Assembly: GCA_007280875.1 (NCBI GenBank)
Contig: QYQJ01000082.1
Location: forward strand, 1 to 57,780
Length of the DNA stretch: 57,780 nt
Direction: 5' to 3'
Origin: Bacteroidota bacterium
Lineage (GTDB): Bacteria > Bacteroidota > Bacteroidia > Bacteroidales > FEN-979
Shown here one piece after another: positions 28,089 to 38,218 of the stretch; position 1 is the first letter of the stretch; each line of letters starts with the position of its first letter. Made by a program: the position numbers and the translations under genes. The notes under the pieces were generated by a model. It had not been told where the DNA came from, did not search any database, and worked only from the letters and a program-made list of their open reading frames with translations.

Positions 28089-28362
28089 TTCCTCCACACA
28101 GAAAGACCATGGAAAAGAATGATTCCTCTTCGCCCATAACGGTATACAGGGCCAGAAATCTTCCAATTAGAATACCTATACCGATTCCTACCAGTAACAT
28201 TCCCCATTTCAATTCGCTGGGAACGTTTTTGCGGGTATCGAATAGGGTCGCAGACTGTCCTTTTTCAATCAGGGCAGCCCGTTCTTTTCTTCGAAGGATC
28301 AGGTACACAACCAGTACGATTGAAGCAAAAAACGTGATCGGGATTAAAATTTCACCTTGCAT
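28033..28362 (-). CDS. Small membrane protein, unknown function
   Basis: 109 aa with three predicted hydrophobic helices. Convergent 56-nt overlap with the thpR 3' end. Confidence 0.45.
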   Translation of the reverse strand: MQGEILIPITFFASIVLVVYLILRRKERAALIEKGQSATLFDTRKNVPSELKWGMLLVGIGIGILIGRFLALYTVMGEEESFFSMVFLCGGISLLAYHFVAKNLEKKKS

Positions 28363-28446
28363 GGTTTTTGGATTTAGGGTTTACATGTTTATTCGATCCC
28401 TATGACGTACTGATGTTTATCCAGGTTACAATTCCTTTGGCTTTTT

Positions 28447-31400
28447 TTAACGTCGAACCACAAATTTATCGATATAGTACCGGTTATCATTCGACATCCT
28501 GATGAAATAAAGTCCCTCGGCAAAGCCGGAAATATCAATTTGCCTGGTGCTTTCGACGGTAAGGTTAATCAGCTTTTCGGAATATTTGATGTTTCCGGTC
28601 ACATCGCTGACAACCACCAGGATCTCTGTCTCTGTGCCCCGGATTCGCAGATTCAGTTTTTCTTCGACCGGATTCGGGTAAAGGGTGACATTCGACTTCA
28701 AGCTGAATTCACGAATTCCGGCACAGTCGGAGACAAAGATAGGTTTAGCCATTGGGATTCCGTTTCCGCAATCGTTGGCTCCATATACAGAAATATCACC
28801 TGATAAGGCGGTTGGGCCAATGTCGATTGTGATTTGGCGGGTTCCCTGTCCGGAGGCAACAGTGGTTCCGGCCGGGAGAGTCCAGACATACGTGCTGGCC
28901 CCTGTGATCTCTTCCACACTGTACGGGTATCTGGTGTGATTCACACATACCGTATCATTTCCAGTAATATTTCCGGCTGCACCGGGAATACTGTCCGCTG
29001 TGAGTGTACGTTGGCTTGGCGCGCTGCTACCACACGTATTTTCGGCAACTACGGCAATTTCTCCGGTGGTGGAACCCCAGATCACGTATACCTGGGTTGT
29101 TCCCTGTCCGGATGTAATCTGTGCATCAACCGGAACAGACCAGGTATAGGCTTCCGCTCCGGGAAGCTCGTCAATTTCAAACATGGATTCGATTCCGGTA
29201 CATCCCAGCCCGGGCCCAAGAATCGGTCCGGGAGCTGGCAAAACGGTTAAAACAGTAACATCAATGGTTTTGGGAGGACTGTTTCCACATTCATTTCCCG
29301 CTATAACGGAAACCACGCCGGATGTTTCCCCCCATACTACTTCAATGGTCGGGGTATTCTGTCCCGCCACAATGGTGGCATTATCAGGCACCGACCAGGA
29401 GTAGGACGTAACATTACTCATTGGCGTAATCGAATAAATAGCAGTTGAATCTTTACACACCATAGAAGGGCCGGAAATGGGGCCCGGTATAAGTGGCGCC
29501 ATCAGTACAATCACCACAACGCTGTCTGTAGCGGTCTCAGAAATACTATCCGTGACCGCTACAACGTATTCCGTGGTGGCCGTGGGTGAAGCAATGGGAT
29601 TGGCAATATTCGGATTGTTCAGGCCCGTTGCAGGCGACCATTGATATGTATAAGGCGGTGTACCACCTCCGAGCGGTGTGACATTCAGCTGGGAAGACGT
29701 TCCCTCGCAGATAGAGTCCGGATCGGCCGTAGCAATCACAGAGAATGGCATTACCTGTATTGTTGTGGACCGCCGGTGAACAGGTGTTCCGTTGGGTCCT
29801 TTACCTTCTAAGGTTGCCGTGTAGTTCCCCTCCGGCACTAATCCGGTTGCAACAACATAGATGGGCAAAGATCCCGGGAACGAAGTAATTTCTGTACCGT
29901 TAGGGAAAGAAAAGGTGATATCACCTTCGGTAGGTGCAGGAAAAATACTCGCAGTCAGTACAATGGTATCATCATATAATTTGACGTCCGGCATGTTGAC
30001 GCTAACCATGCAGGAATCGAGCGGAGTATATAGGGTGTCATTGAGGTTATCGAGCGCCATGGCAAAATCGGGTAAATAAGCGGTCATACTCATGAAACTA
30101 CCGTTTCTAAAGTCGGTCCAGGAAGACATAGAGACTTTGCTGTTGGATATAATTCCATTGTAATCGCCCTGATAACGGGGGGTGCCGCCGCCTCCGCAGG
30201 TGGTGCAGTTGATCTTCATCTTCTGATTGGAAACGGCCTGGTTTGCTGCGAAAATGACTCCTCCGTCATCCGAATAGGTTGCGTATATCAGGGCGCTATC
30301 GGATGTTGGCGTATCACGGGTATCCATCCACTGGATATATAACCGGCCGGTCTCCCTGTCACACCAGGGAGCCGGTTGCCACTGGTTGTGCTGGGTTGGG
30401 TCAGGATCGTCGTTAACCCTGACTGCAGATGACCATGTGTAGCCTCCGTTATCCGAATACCGGCACCAGATATCCGGTTTGTTTCCGTTTCCGGGAGGAT
30501 CGTTGGAAGCATAAATACAGTAAAGCCTTCCGCGGTAAGGTCCGTAACTATTATCGGCCGTAATTAAGGGATAAGGCCGCGTTCTCATATTCTCTACCGA
30601 ATGACGACCGCCTACGTTACTACCTACATAACCTGCAAATTGTTGTGACGACATATTTGTAAAGGTCATGCCCCCATTCAGTGAACGGTAAAAGGTGAAG
30701 GTAGAAGCAAAGGTACTTCCGCCATTGGCTACGACATATACCGCCCCTCCCTGAATATTCTGGTATGCACCAACACAAACCATCATTCCGGGCAAGTTTT
30801 GTTCAGAAGTGGTAAATGTGGTAGTCCATGTTTGCCCAAAATCGGTACTTCTCGCAAAATTTCCGCTACTGAGGGAAGGCGCGGTCATAGTAGTATAAAT
30901 ATAATTGGAATACGGGCCCCCCGTTTGGTCGGCAGCAATCCAGTTTTTGTCACCGCCTGAAATAGCTGTTGTTATCGACCCCCATGTGGCTCCATTATCG
31001 GATGATATCGCAACCTTACAGCCCTGGGGTGCTCCTGTTCCGAACATGTTTTCATAATAGAGATTTCCCATGCTGTCATATACCTGAACGACATCTCCCC
31101 ACATATTGGCGCCAAAATTAGGATTGTTTGTATTCCAGTTGTATCCCTCTTCGGTATGATGGGTTTTATTGATATTATATGCTGCAAAATACCAGGTTGG
31201 CATGCCCGGATTTTCCGCAATGTTCCCTTCAGCAAAATCAATGCCCAGATTGAAGTTATCATAATTATCAATTGTAATAACTGACGATAACGGCGGGGCA
31301 TCAGATACATTCCGTGCCTCTTCTAAAAGTGCACGCGGGATCCGGTCTACACGGGGATTGCCGTAATCATCGGTATTCTTCTGGGCAACGACCGCAGATG

Positions 31401-31464
31401 GAACAAAGAACAACATCCCTGCGGCCACAAGACAGTTCTTTAAAAATAAATTTGTCTGCTTCAT
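28447..31464 (-). CDS. T9SS-secreted BNR/Asp-box beta-propeller protein with PKD-like repeats
   Basis: 1005 aa with a signal peptide. Asp-boxes SSDNGATW, STDFGQTW and YSDNGGYTW. Three roughly 80-aa Cys-containing Ig/PKD-like repeats (GPISGPSMVC..., GPILGPGLGC..., GNITGNDTVC...). C-terminal T9SS sorting domain (LYPNPVEEKLNL...GLYFIRM). Confidence 0.8.
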   Translation of the reverse strand: MKQTNLFLKNCLVAAGMLFFVPSAVVAQKNTDDYGNPRVDRIPRALLEEARNVSDAPPLSSVITIDNYDNFNLGIDFAEGNIAENPGMPTWYFAAYNINKTHHTEEGYNWNTNNPNFGANMWGDVVQVYDSMGNLYYENMFGTGAPQGCKVAISSDNGATWGSITTAISGGDKNWIAADQTGGPYSNYIYTTMTAPSLSSGNFARSTDFGQTWTTTFTTSEQNLPGMMVCVGAYQNIQGGAVYVVANGGSTFASTFTFYRSLNGGMTFTNMSSQQFAGYVGSNVGGRHSVENMRTRPYPLITADNSYGPYRGRLYCIYASNDPPGNGNKPDIWCRYSDNGGYTWSSAVRVNDDPDPTQHNQWQPAPWCDRETGRLYIQWMDTRDTPTSDSALIYATYSDDGGVIFAANQAVSNQKMKINCTTCGGGGTPRYQGDYNGIISNSKVSMSSWTDFRNGSFMSMTAYLPDFAMALDNLNDTLYTPLDSCMVSVNMPDVKLYDDTIVLTASIFPAPTEGDITFSFPNGTEITSFPGSLPIYVVATGLVPEGNYTATLEGKGPNGTPVHRRSTTIQVMPFSVIATADPDSICEGTSSQLNVTPLGGGTPPYTYQWSPATGLNNPNIANPIASPTATTEYVVAVTDSISETATDSVVVIVLMAPLIPGPISGPSMVCKDSTAIYSITPMSNVTSYSWSVPDNATIVAGQNTPTIEVVWGETSGVVSVIAGNECGNSPPKTIDVTVLTVLPAPGPILGPGLGCTGIESMFEIDELPGAEAYTWSVPVDAQITSGQGTTQVYVIWGSTTGEIAVVAENTCGSSAPSQRTLTADSIPGAAGNITGNDTVCVNHTRYPYSVEEITGASTYVWTLPAGTTVASGQGTRQITIDIGPTALSGDISVYGANDCGNGIPMAKPIFVSDCAGIREFSLKSNVTLYPNPVEEKLNLRIRGTETEILVVVSDVTGNIKYSEKLINLTVESTRQIDISGFAEGLYFIRMSNDNRYYIDKFVVRR

Positions 31465-31586
31465 GAGTGAATGAATCTGTTTGATAATTTAGATTAAATT
31501 AACACAAAAATAACCAACAAATATACAAATTCCAAAATAAATCCATATATTGTAACCTCTTTTCGTTGTACGCGTCTAAACGCCAG

Positions 31587-32156
31587 ATGAAATTGCGGGA
31601 CGACAATTATTATATAGATCGTGTACTGGGTGGAGATCGTTCAGCTTTTACCGGATTGGTCGCCAAGCACAAGAACATGGTCTTTTCCATTGTACTAAGG
31701 ATCACACAAAACCGGGAAGATGCAGAAGAAGTAGCACAGGATGTGTTTTTAAAGGCTTTTGGATCTCTTGGGTCGTTCGAACGCAAGTCCAAATTCTCAA
31801 CCTGGCTTTTCCGGATTGCCTATAATGCTGCTATCTCTAAAACCAGGAGAAAAAAAGTTGAATTTGTGGGGCTCAACGATCGGATTATCACAAACTATAC
31901 CGAAGATGAGATCCAAGCGCAAAGCGGTCAACTGGACCAGCAGGAACGGAAAATGCTCATTGATACAGCACTGAAAAAATTACCTGAAGAGGATAACCTG
32001 TTGATCACCCTCTTTTACAAAGCCGAAAACTCGGTAGAAGAGATCAGCAGTATTATGGGTCTGTCCGAATCAAACGTGAAGGTCCGGTTGTACCGGGTAC
32101 GTAAAAAACTTTATGGAGAACTCTCTGAAATCATGAAGTACCAGATGGCTGTCTGA
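31587..32156 (+). CDS. ECF-type RNA polymerase sigma-70 factor
   Basis: Region 2 (DAEEVAQDVFLKAF, FSTWLFRIAYN) and region 4 HTH (SVEEISSIMGLSESNVKVRLYRVRKKL). The ATG at 31587 is preferred over the listed TTG at 31566. Confidence 0.85.
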   Translation: MKLRDDNYYIDRVLGGDRSAFTGLVAKHKNMVFSIVLRITQNREDAEEVAQDVFLKAFGSLGSFERKSKFSTWLFRIAYNAAISKTRRKKVEFVGLNDRIITNYTEDEIQAQSGQLDQQERKMLIDTALKKLPEEDNLLITLFYKAENSVEEISSIMGLSESNVKVRLYRVRKKLYGELSEIMKYQMAV

Positions 32157-32180
32157 AGAAAAACGTAAATTTGTACCACC

Positions 32181-32609
32181 ATGAAAAAGAATGATTTATC
32201 GCAGAATGATTTTCTGGCTGACCTGATGAAGGAGGCTTCGCTTGAGACCCCTTCCGACGATTTTATGGAGAACGTCATGACCGGAGTAGAGGCTATGCCC
32301 GCTTATCAACCCCGCAAAAAACCCTTTTTCCTGTTCATTAAATCCGTAGTCCCCTGGATCCTGCTGATTGGGGTGTTCGTTCTCTATTATACAACCTCTG
32401 ATCTTCCCTTCACCAATTATATTCCCGGAAAAGAGTATGTTCAGAATGTGTTGCTTCCTTCTCTTGGAACCTTTTTTACTTCATTTAAAGAGCTTTTCAG
32501 CACAAAGTTTTTTTCCATCTCCCTGGCGGTTCTGGTCTCCTGTGGAATTTTGTTTGGACTGGAACGATTGATCAACCGCAGATCGGCGCATCAACACTAT
32601 GTCTTGTAA
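32181..32609 (+). CDS. Putative membrane anti-sigma factor
   Basis: 142 aa immediately downstream of the ECF sigma gene. Short cytoplasmic N-terminus followed by TM helices. The assignment is by position only. Confidence 0.4.
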   Translation: MKKNDLSQNDFLADLMKEASLETPSDDFMENVMTGVEAMPAYQPRKKPFFLFIKSVVPWILLIGVFVLYYTTSDLPFTNYIPGKEYVQNVLLPSLGTFFTSFKELFSTKFFSISLAVLVSCGILFGLERLINRRSAHQHYVL

Positions 32610-33467
32610 ATGATTCCCGACGAACTTAAGCTATTTTTACAGAATAGGTACCAAATTCAGTCAATCAGGCCGCTGGTGGGCGGAGATATCAACCAGGTAT
32701 ACCGTCTTGATAGATCGTCGGGAACTCTCTGTTTGAAATTCAATTCCGCTGAACGGTATCCGCAAATGTTTGCAAAAGAGGCCAATGGCCTCTCTCTGCT
32801 GAGGGCATCACAAACACTTCGTGTTCCGGTTGTTGTTGAAGTGATCGACCTTGACTCTTGTTCCGCTCTGTTGCTGGAGTTCATCCATTCGGCCGGGCCG
32901 GTGAATGATTTTATGTTCCGATTCGGTTTTTCCCTGGCAAAACTGCACGATCTGACTGCTTTCGAATATGGTTTGGACGATGATAACTATATGGGATCCC
33001 TGTCGCAGTCCAACAGGAAACACAACAACTGGATTGATTTTTTTCGGGAAGAACGATTGGAAAGACAAATTCATCTCGCCAGGGATTCCGGAAAAATATC
33101 CGCTGAAACTTCCCGGTTTTTCTCCCGGCTTTTCGCCCGCCTTGATCGGTTGCTTTCTGTGGACAGACCCGCGCTGGTGCATGGCGATCTGTGGGGCGGG
33201 AATTTCATGGTTTCCGAAACCGGTGAGGCATGCCTGATTGATCCGGCGGTCTATTATGGTCATCGTGAAATTGACCTGGCAATGACCACTCTTTTTGGTG
33301 GTTTTTCTGCTGACTTTTATACCGGCTATGAAGCCCATCATGAACTGGTACCGGGATGGCGTGAGCGCCTGGATATATATAATTTATACCCTTTGCTGGT
33401 GCATGTAAATCTATTCGGAGGAGGGTATCTTGGTTCTGTAATGAGTATTCTCAAGCGTTTCGGTTGA
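32610..33467 (+). CDS. Fructosamine/ketosamine-3-kinase family protein
   Basis: 285 aa. VGGDINQVYRL, LVHGDLWGGN catalytic loop, IDPA. Confidence 0.8.
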   Translation: MIPDELKLFLQNRYQIQSIRPLVGGDINQVYRLDRSSGTLCLKFNSAERYPQMFAKEANGLSLLRASQTLRVPVVVEVIDLDSCSALLLEFIHSAGPVNDFMFRFGFSLAKLHDLTAFEYGLDDDNYMGSLSQSNRKHNNWIDFFREERLERQIHLARDSGKISAETSRFFSRLFARLDRLLSVDRPALVHGDLWGGNFMVSETGEACLIDPAVYYGHREIDLAMTTLFGGFSADFYTGYEAHHELVPGWRERLDIYNLYPLLVHVNLFGGGYLGSVMSILKRFG

Positions 33468-34842
33468 TCGATTGTTGTTCCATCCATCGCTCTTTGAAGC
33501 TTTTTTGAGCTATTTTGGGTAGGGTCCTCCGGGGGCCCCATGGTTTTTTAGCAACCATTTTAATGGCCCTGTTCTTCAAAGAAGCTCCTGGTCTATCCAG
33601 GGTCCACCGGTGAAGCATTACAAAATTCCATCCTTGTATCGCTTTTTTCCACATAAATGCCGGGTATTTTCTCATAACCGCTTCCCGGCGGTTATATAGC
33701 AACAATTCATGCAGGGGGATCTTGACGGGGCACTCTTCCGAGCATTTCCCGCACAGGGAAGATGCAAAGCTCAGGTGGTTATAATCCTTGAAACCCTTAA
33801 AATGAGGAGATATCACCGATCCGATGGGGCCGGAATAAACGGTCCCATAAGTGTATCCGCCGATGTTCCGGTAGATGGGACAACCATTCAGGCAGGCGCC
33901 GCAACGGATACAGGAGAGGGCTTTCCGTTGTTCTTTGTAATTCAACACCTCCGTGCGATGGTTGTCCAGTAATACCACGTACATCTGCTCGGGGCCACTT
34001 TGTTCGTCCGGTTTTCCGGGACCAAACAGTACATTGTTATAGGCCGTCAAGCGCTGGCCTGTCCCAAATGTAGCAAGGAGCGGTAGAAACAAATCAAGAT
34101 CTTCCAGGGATGGAATTACTTTTTCTATACCGGCAACAGCAATATGGATCCGGGGGAATGCCATGGTCAGGATGCCGTTTCCTTCATTTTCAGTAAGAGC
34201 TACAGCTCCGCAATCGGCAATTAAAAAGTTGGCGCCGGTAATTCCGACATCAGCCCGGATAAACTCTTTCCGGAGTTTTTCCCTTACGAATGCTGCAATT
34301 TCTTCTGGGGGGGCATGCTCTGCAATGCCAAATTTCTCATGAAAAAGTGCTGATACATCCTCCCTGGATTTGTGCATGGCCGGTGTTACAATATGGTAGG
34401 GTTTTTCGCCGGCCAGTTGCACGATGTACTCTCCCAAATCCGTTTCAAATACCTCCCGCCTGTTTTTTTCAAGCAATTGATTCAGCCCCAGCTCCTCCGT
34501 AACCATCGATTTTTGTTTGACGATGACCGTTGCTTTTGCTTTTTTAATGATCTGGAGAATCTCTTTCTGGGCATCCCGTTCGCTTTGGGCCCAGATTACT
34601 TTTCCGCCGCGGGAGGTGAAATTACGTTCAAATTCCGCCAGGTATGTGTCCAGCTTGTTAATTGTTTTTGATTTCAGGTTAGCGGCCCTGCATTTTGCCA
34701 GTTCCAGGTCCCGGTAGTGTTGCTTTCCGCGCAAAACGGCCTGATCATATTTTCCTATGTTGAAATCGATTCGCCGCCGGTGTTCCGGGTCAAATGATAT
34801 TCGGGCTGCTTGCTCCTGAAAATAATAGGCTGTTGAATTCAT
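33451..34842 (-). CDS. lutB: LutB/LldF-type lactate-utilisation iron-sulfur protein
   Basis: 463 aa. LUD/DUF162-like N-terminal part plus two 4Fe-4S motifs, CIRCGACLNGCP and CGKCSEECP. Confidence 0.8.
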   Translation of the reverse strand: MNSTAYYFQEQAARISFDPEHRRRIDFNIGKYDQAVLRGKQHYRDLELAKCRAANLKSKTINKLDTYLAEFERNFTSRGGKVIWAQSERDAQKEILQIIKKAKATVIVKQKSMVTEELGLNQLLEKNRREVFETDLGEYIVQLAGEKPYHIVTPAMHKSREDVSALFHEKFGIAEHAPPEEIAAFVREKLRKEFIRADVGITGANFLIADCGAVALTENEGNGILTMAFPRIHIAVAGIEKVIPSLEDLDLFLPLLATFGTGQRLTAYNNVLFGPGKPDEQSGPEQMYVVLLDNHRTEVLNYKEQRKALSCIRCGACLNGCPIYRNIGGYTYGTVYSGPIGSVISPHFKGFKDYNHLSFASSLCGKCSEECPVKIPLHELLLYNRREAVMRKYPAFMWKKAIQGWNFVMLHRWTLDRPGASLKNRAIKMVAKKPWGPRRTLPKIAQKSFKERWMEQQSINRNA

Positions 34843-34849
34843 CCGGATA

Positions 34850-35302
34850 TTATTGCAGTAATATTGAAATTTTTTTTACTCGCCGTTCGTGTCTGCCTCC
34901 TTCAAATGTTGTATCCAGAAACAAATGAACCATTTCCGCAGCCTTCACATTCGAGACAAACCTGGCTGGTATAGATATAATATTGGCATCGTTGTGCTGC
35001 CGTGCAAGTTTGGCAATCTCGTTGTTCCAACATAAAGCGGCCCGAATGTGCATATATTTATTGGCTACCATAGCCGCACCATTTCCGCTTCCGCATATAA
35101 TTATCCCCCTTTGATATTCTCCTTTTTCCATCGCACTGGCAAGCGGATGAATTGGATCTGGATAATCCATACTCTCTTCTGAAAAAGTTCCGAAATCCTT
35201 TGATTCAAAACCCCATTCAGCTAGCTTTTTCTTCAGGTACTTCTTCATACCAAAGCCGGCATGATCACTTCCAATAGCAATAACTTCACCAGAATCAGTC
35301 AT
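34850..35302 (-). CDS. rpiB: Ribose-5-phosphate isomerase B
   Basis: IAIGSDHAGFGMK and GIIICGSGNGAAMVANK. 150 aa. Confidence 0.9.
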   Translation of the reverse strand: MTDSGEVIAIGSDHAGFGMKKYLKKKLAEWGFESKDFGTFSEESMDYPDPIHPLASAMEKGEYQRGIIICGSGNGAAMVANKYMHIRAALCWNNEIAKLARQHNDANIISIPARFVSNVKAAEMVHLFLDTTFEGGRHERRVKKISILLQ

Positions 35303-35730
35303 TGTTAACAGTTTTTAGCAAAGGTAGCCATTCTATGCACGGGATTCCCTGAAAACCACAATTTTAAATTTTACAGGAAAAGATGTTCACAACTGTGTAA
35401 CTTTGTTATCAAATTCTGATAAAATACCTCTTTCATGCGGTTTTTTAAAACTCTGTCATGATAACATGTTTTTATCCAATTTTATCAAATAGTTTTCACA
35501 ATTTCCCGTCGTAAAAACGTACATTCTTTATAAACAATGCAGATTTTTTCCCAAAAATAATATTTATTTAATTAATTAAATAACAACAATATACAAAAGA
35601 TAACCTGTGGATAACCTGTTCATCGTCCGAAAGAAATGAACATCGCAAACTTTTAGACCAAAATTTTTCAACCAAATCAACAGATACTATAAATAATAAT
35701 AAAAGAAAATATCTTTTTATTTAATATAAG
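35303..35730. other. Candidate chromosomal replication origin (oriC) or unusually long AT-rich divergent control region
   Basis: 428-nt non-coding gap. Perfect DnaA box TGTGGATAA at 35606-35614. Degenerate boxes at 35472-35480 (TTATCCAAT), 35492-35500 (GTTTTCACA) and 35383-35391 (ATGTTCACA). AT tracts at 35553-35600 (4 G/C in 48 nt) and 35691-35730 (3 G/C in 40 nt). The coding-strand majority switches here. Confidence 0.35.
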
Positions 35731-36666
35731 ATGACTGTTTTGAAAGAAACCCTGATCAGAGAAATAAAAACGTTACAACAGAAAAAAAATACTATAATCC
35801 TGGCCCATTTTTATCAGGTACCTGAAATACAAGATATTGCTGATTTTGTTGGAGATAGTCTGGCGTTGGCTCAAAGTGCTTATGAGACAGATGCCGAAAT
35901 CATTCTTTTTGCTGGTGTTCACTTCATGGCAGAGACAGCTAAAATATTGAATCCGGCAAAAAAAGTGATTATTCCGGATTTGGAAGCAGGATGTTCCCTT
36001 GCCGATTCTTGTCCGCCGGAAGAGTTCAACGCATTTAAGGAATTGCATCCTGATCATGTAGTTGTATCGTACATCAATTGTTCAGCTTCGGTCAAGGCTC
36101 TTTCTGATGTTATTTGCACTTCCAGCAATGCAATAAAGGTAGTGGAATCTTTTCCGAAAGAACAAAAGATCATTTTTACCCCCGATATAAACCTGGGGAA
36201 CTACGTGAATCATATCACCGGAAGGAACATGGTATTGTGGAACGGGTCCTGTGAAGTTCATGATGTGATTACGGTTGAATCGGTTATGCAGTTAAAAAAG
36301 GAACATCCTGACGCAAAAATTATAGCTCATCCTGAATGTAAGGCGATCATTCTGGCAATGGCCGATTATATCGGATCAACCACCAGTTTGCTGAATTACA
36401 CAAAAAATGATCCGGCTAAAAAATTTATAATAGCCACCGAAACAGGAATTCTGCATGCCATGCAAAAAATATCACCCGACAAAGAATTTTTAATCGTTCC
36501 GGCAGATGAAACATGTTCCTGTAATGATTGTCCTTACATGAAAAAAAATACACTGGAGAAAATATACCTTTCCCTGGAAAGAGAAAAACCTGAAATTATT
36601 CTGGAGCAGGAGTTAATCCTTAAAGCCCGGAAACCCATTTTGAAGATGTTAGATCTATCTATTTAA
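35731..36666 (+). CDS. nadA: Quinolinate synthase
   Basis: 311 aa. ILAHFYQVPEIQDIADFVGDSL, a FMAETAKIL segment, HPEC and a C-terminal Cys cluster, typical of NadA. Confidence 0.9.
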   Translation: MTVLKETLIREIKTLQQKKNTIILAHFYQVPEIQDIADFVGDSLALAQSAYETDAEIILFAGVHFMAETAKILNPAKKVIIPDLEAGCSLADSCPPEEFNAFKELHPDHVVVSYINCSASVKALSDVICTSSNAIKVVESFPKEQKIIFTPDINLGNYVNHITGRNMVLWNGSCEVHDVITVESVMQLKKEHPDAKIIAHPECKAIILAMADYIGSTTSLLNYTKNDPAKKFIIATETGILHAMQKISPDKEFLIVPADETCSCNDCPYMKKNTLEKIYLSLEREKPEIILEQELILKARKPILKMLDLSI

Positions 36667-36676
36667 CGGTTAAATT

Positions 36677-38218
36677 ATGCGTACGTTCTTGACTTGGATT
36701 ATACTTCACTGTTTATTCGTTTCACTATCGGGACAGGACACGACCCGTATTTCTGGGTTTCAGCAGTTTTTTTATCCAAATGGCCAGATTTCAAGCGAAG
36801 GGATCCTTGTGAATGGTCAACCTGACGGATACTGGAAATCTTATTATGAAAACGGGATTCTGAAATCGGAAGGAAACAGAACGAATTTCAAACTCGACAG
36901 TATCTGGAAGTTCTATAATCCGGAAGGAAAGCTCATTCTGGAAATCACCTACCGGGATGGAAAACGAAACGGATACAAAACCTCCTTCCTCGACAGGGAG
37001 ACCATCCGGGAATACTACATCAATGATAGTAAAGAGGGATTTACGGAATATTATCACACGGAAGGATGGAAGAAGCTGGAAATCCCTTTTGAAAAGGGGC
37101 TGGAACAGGGAATCGGAAAGGAGTATAACGAACAGGGAGAGATCATTACGATTACAGAATACAAAAAGGGATTCATTGTGGAACGAATGAAGATTAACCG
37201 GAAGGATAAACTTAACCGGAAACAGGGCAAATGGATCACTTTCTGGGAAAATGGAAAAATGAAGTTGGAGGGAACCTACAAAGACGACAAAAGAAACGGC
37301 TATTTCAAGGAATACGCCGAATCAGGAGACCTGTTGCAAATCACGAAATATATCGAAGGAGTTCTGCAACCTGAAGCGGCTGAAATCCAGAAACTTGATA
37401 TTGAAAAAGAATATTATCCGACCGGTACGGTCAAAGCTACCCGATTGTATAGAAACGGGGTTCTTGAAGGTATTTCTGTTGAGTATTCACCCGATGGAGC
37501 CATTGTGTCTGCTAAGGAATTCCAGGGAGGAATACAGATTGGACAGGGGTTGGTGCTGGAAGACGGTAGCCGGGAAGGACACTGGATAGAATACTATCCG
37601 GGCGGAACCCTGAAAGCGGAAGGAGATTACAAAGCAGACAAAAAAACCGGCAAATGGAACTATTTTCATCCAAATGGCAGGCTGGAACAAACAGGTGTTT
37701 ACAACAAAGAGGGAAAACCGGAAGGAACGTGGAAATGGTATTATGATTCAGGACAATTATTGCGGGAAGAGAACTATTACCGGGGCAAAAAAGATGGTCT
37801 TTCCGAAGAATTTGACGAAGAAGGCATCCTCATTGAAAAAGGGGAATACCTCGATGGCCTGGAAGACGGACCCTGGTTTCAGTGTGTCGGAGACTGGTGT
37901 CAGCGCGGCAGCTACCGGGATGGGTTGCGTAACGGGCTGTGGGTGGCGTATAACCTGCAGATTGGAGAAAAAGGAACCGATAGCCTGTTGATTTTCAAAG
38001 GAGGATTTCTGGAGGATCTTCCCGATGGAAAGCACTCCTATTACTGGGACAACGGAAAAATACGTGATGAAGGGATGTACGTTATGGGCAATAAAGAGGG
38101 GGATTGGATTAAATACAATTACGACGGGACCCTGTTCATGATTATATCGTATATAAACGGAATAGAAACCCGCTTCGACGGCGTCAGAATTAAACCACCA
38201 TTTGAACCGGAAGAATGA
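36677..38218 (+). CDS. MORN-variant (YwqK-like) repeat protein with signal peptide
   Basis: 513 aa made of many G-x-W-x-x-Y-Y-x-N/D-G-x-L/K repeats (for example GYWKSYYENGILKSEG, GTWKWYYDSGQLLREE). Confidence 0.7.
   Translation: MRTFLTWIILHCLFVSLSGQDTTRISGFQQFFYPNGQISSEGILVNGQPDGYWKSYYENGILKSEGNRTNFKLDSIWKFYNPEGKLILEITYRDGKRNGYKTSFLDRETIREYYINDSKEGFTEYYHTEGWKKLEIPFEKGLEQGIGKEYNEQGEIITITEYKKGFIVERMKINRKDKLNRKQGKWITFWENGKMKLEGTYKDDKRNGYFKEYAESGDLLQITKYIEGVLQPEAAEIQKLDIEKEYYPTGTVKATRLYRNGVLEGISVEYSPDGAIVSAKEFQGGIQIGQGLVLEDGSREGHWIEYYPGGTLKAEGDYKADKKTGKWNYFHPNGRLEQTGVYNKEGKPEGTWKWYYDSGQLLREENYYRGKKDGLSEEFDEEGILIEKGEYLDGLEDGPWFQCVGDWCQRGSYRDGLRNGLWVAYNLQIGEKGTDSLLIFKGGFLEDLPDGKHSYYWDNGKIRDEGMYVMGNKEGDWIKYNYDGTLFMIISYINGIETRFDGVRIKPPFEPEE

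Noticed and set aside
35303-35730. A riboswitch or small RNA upstream of nadA.
   Set aside because: No conserved riboswitch core or stable GC-rich helices were recognisable. The region is extremely AT-rich and is better explained as an origin or promoter region.
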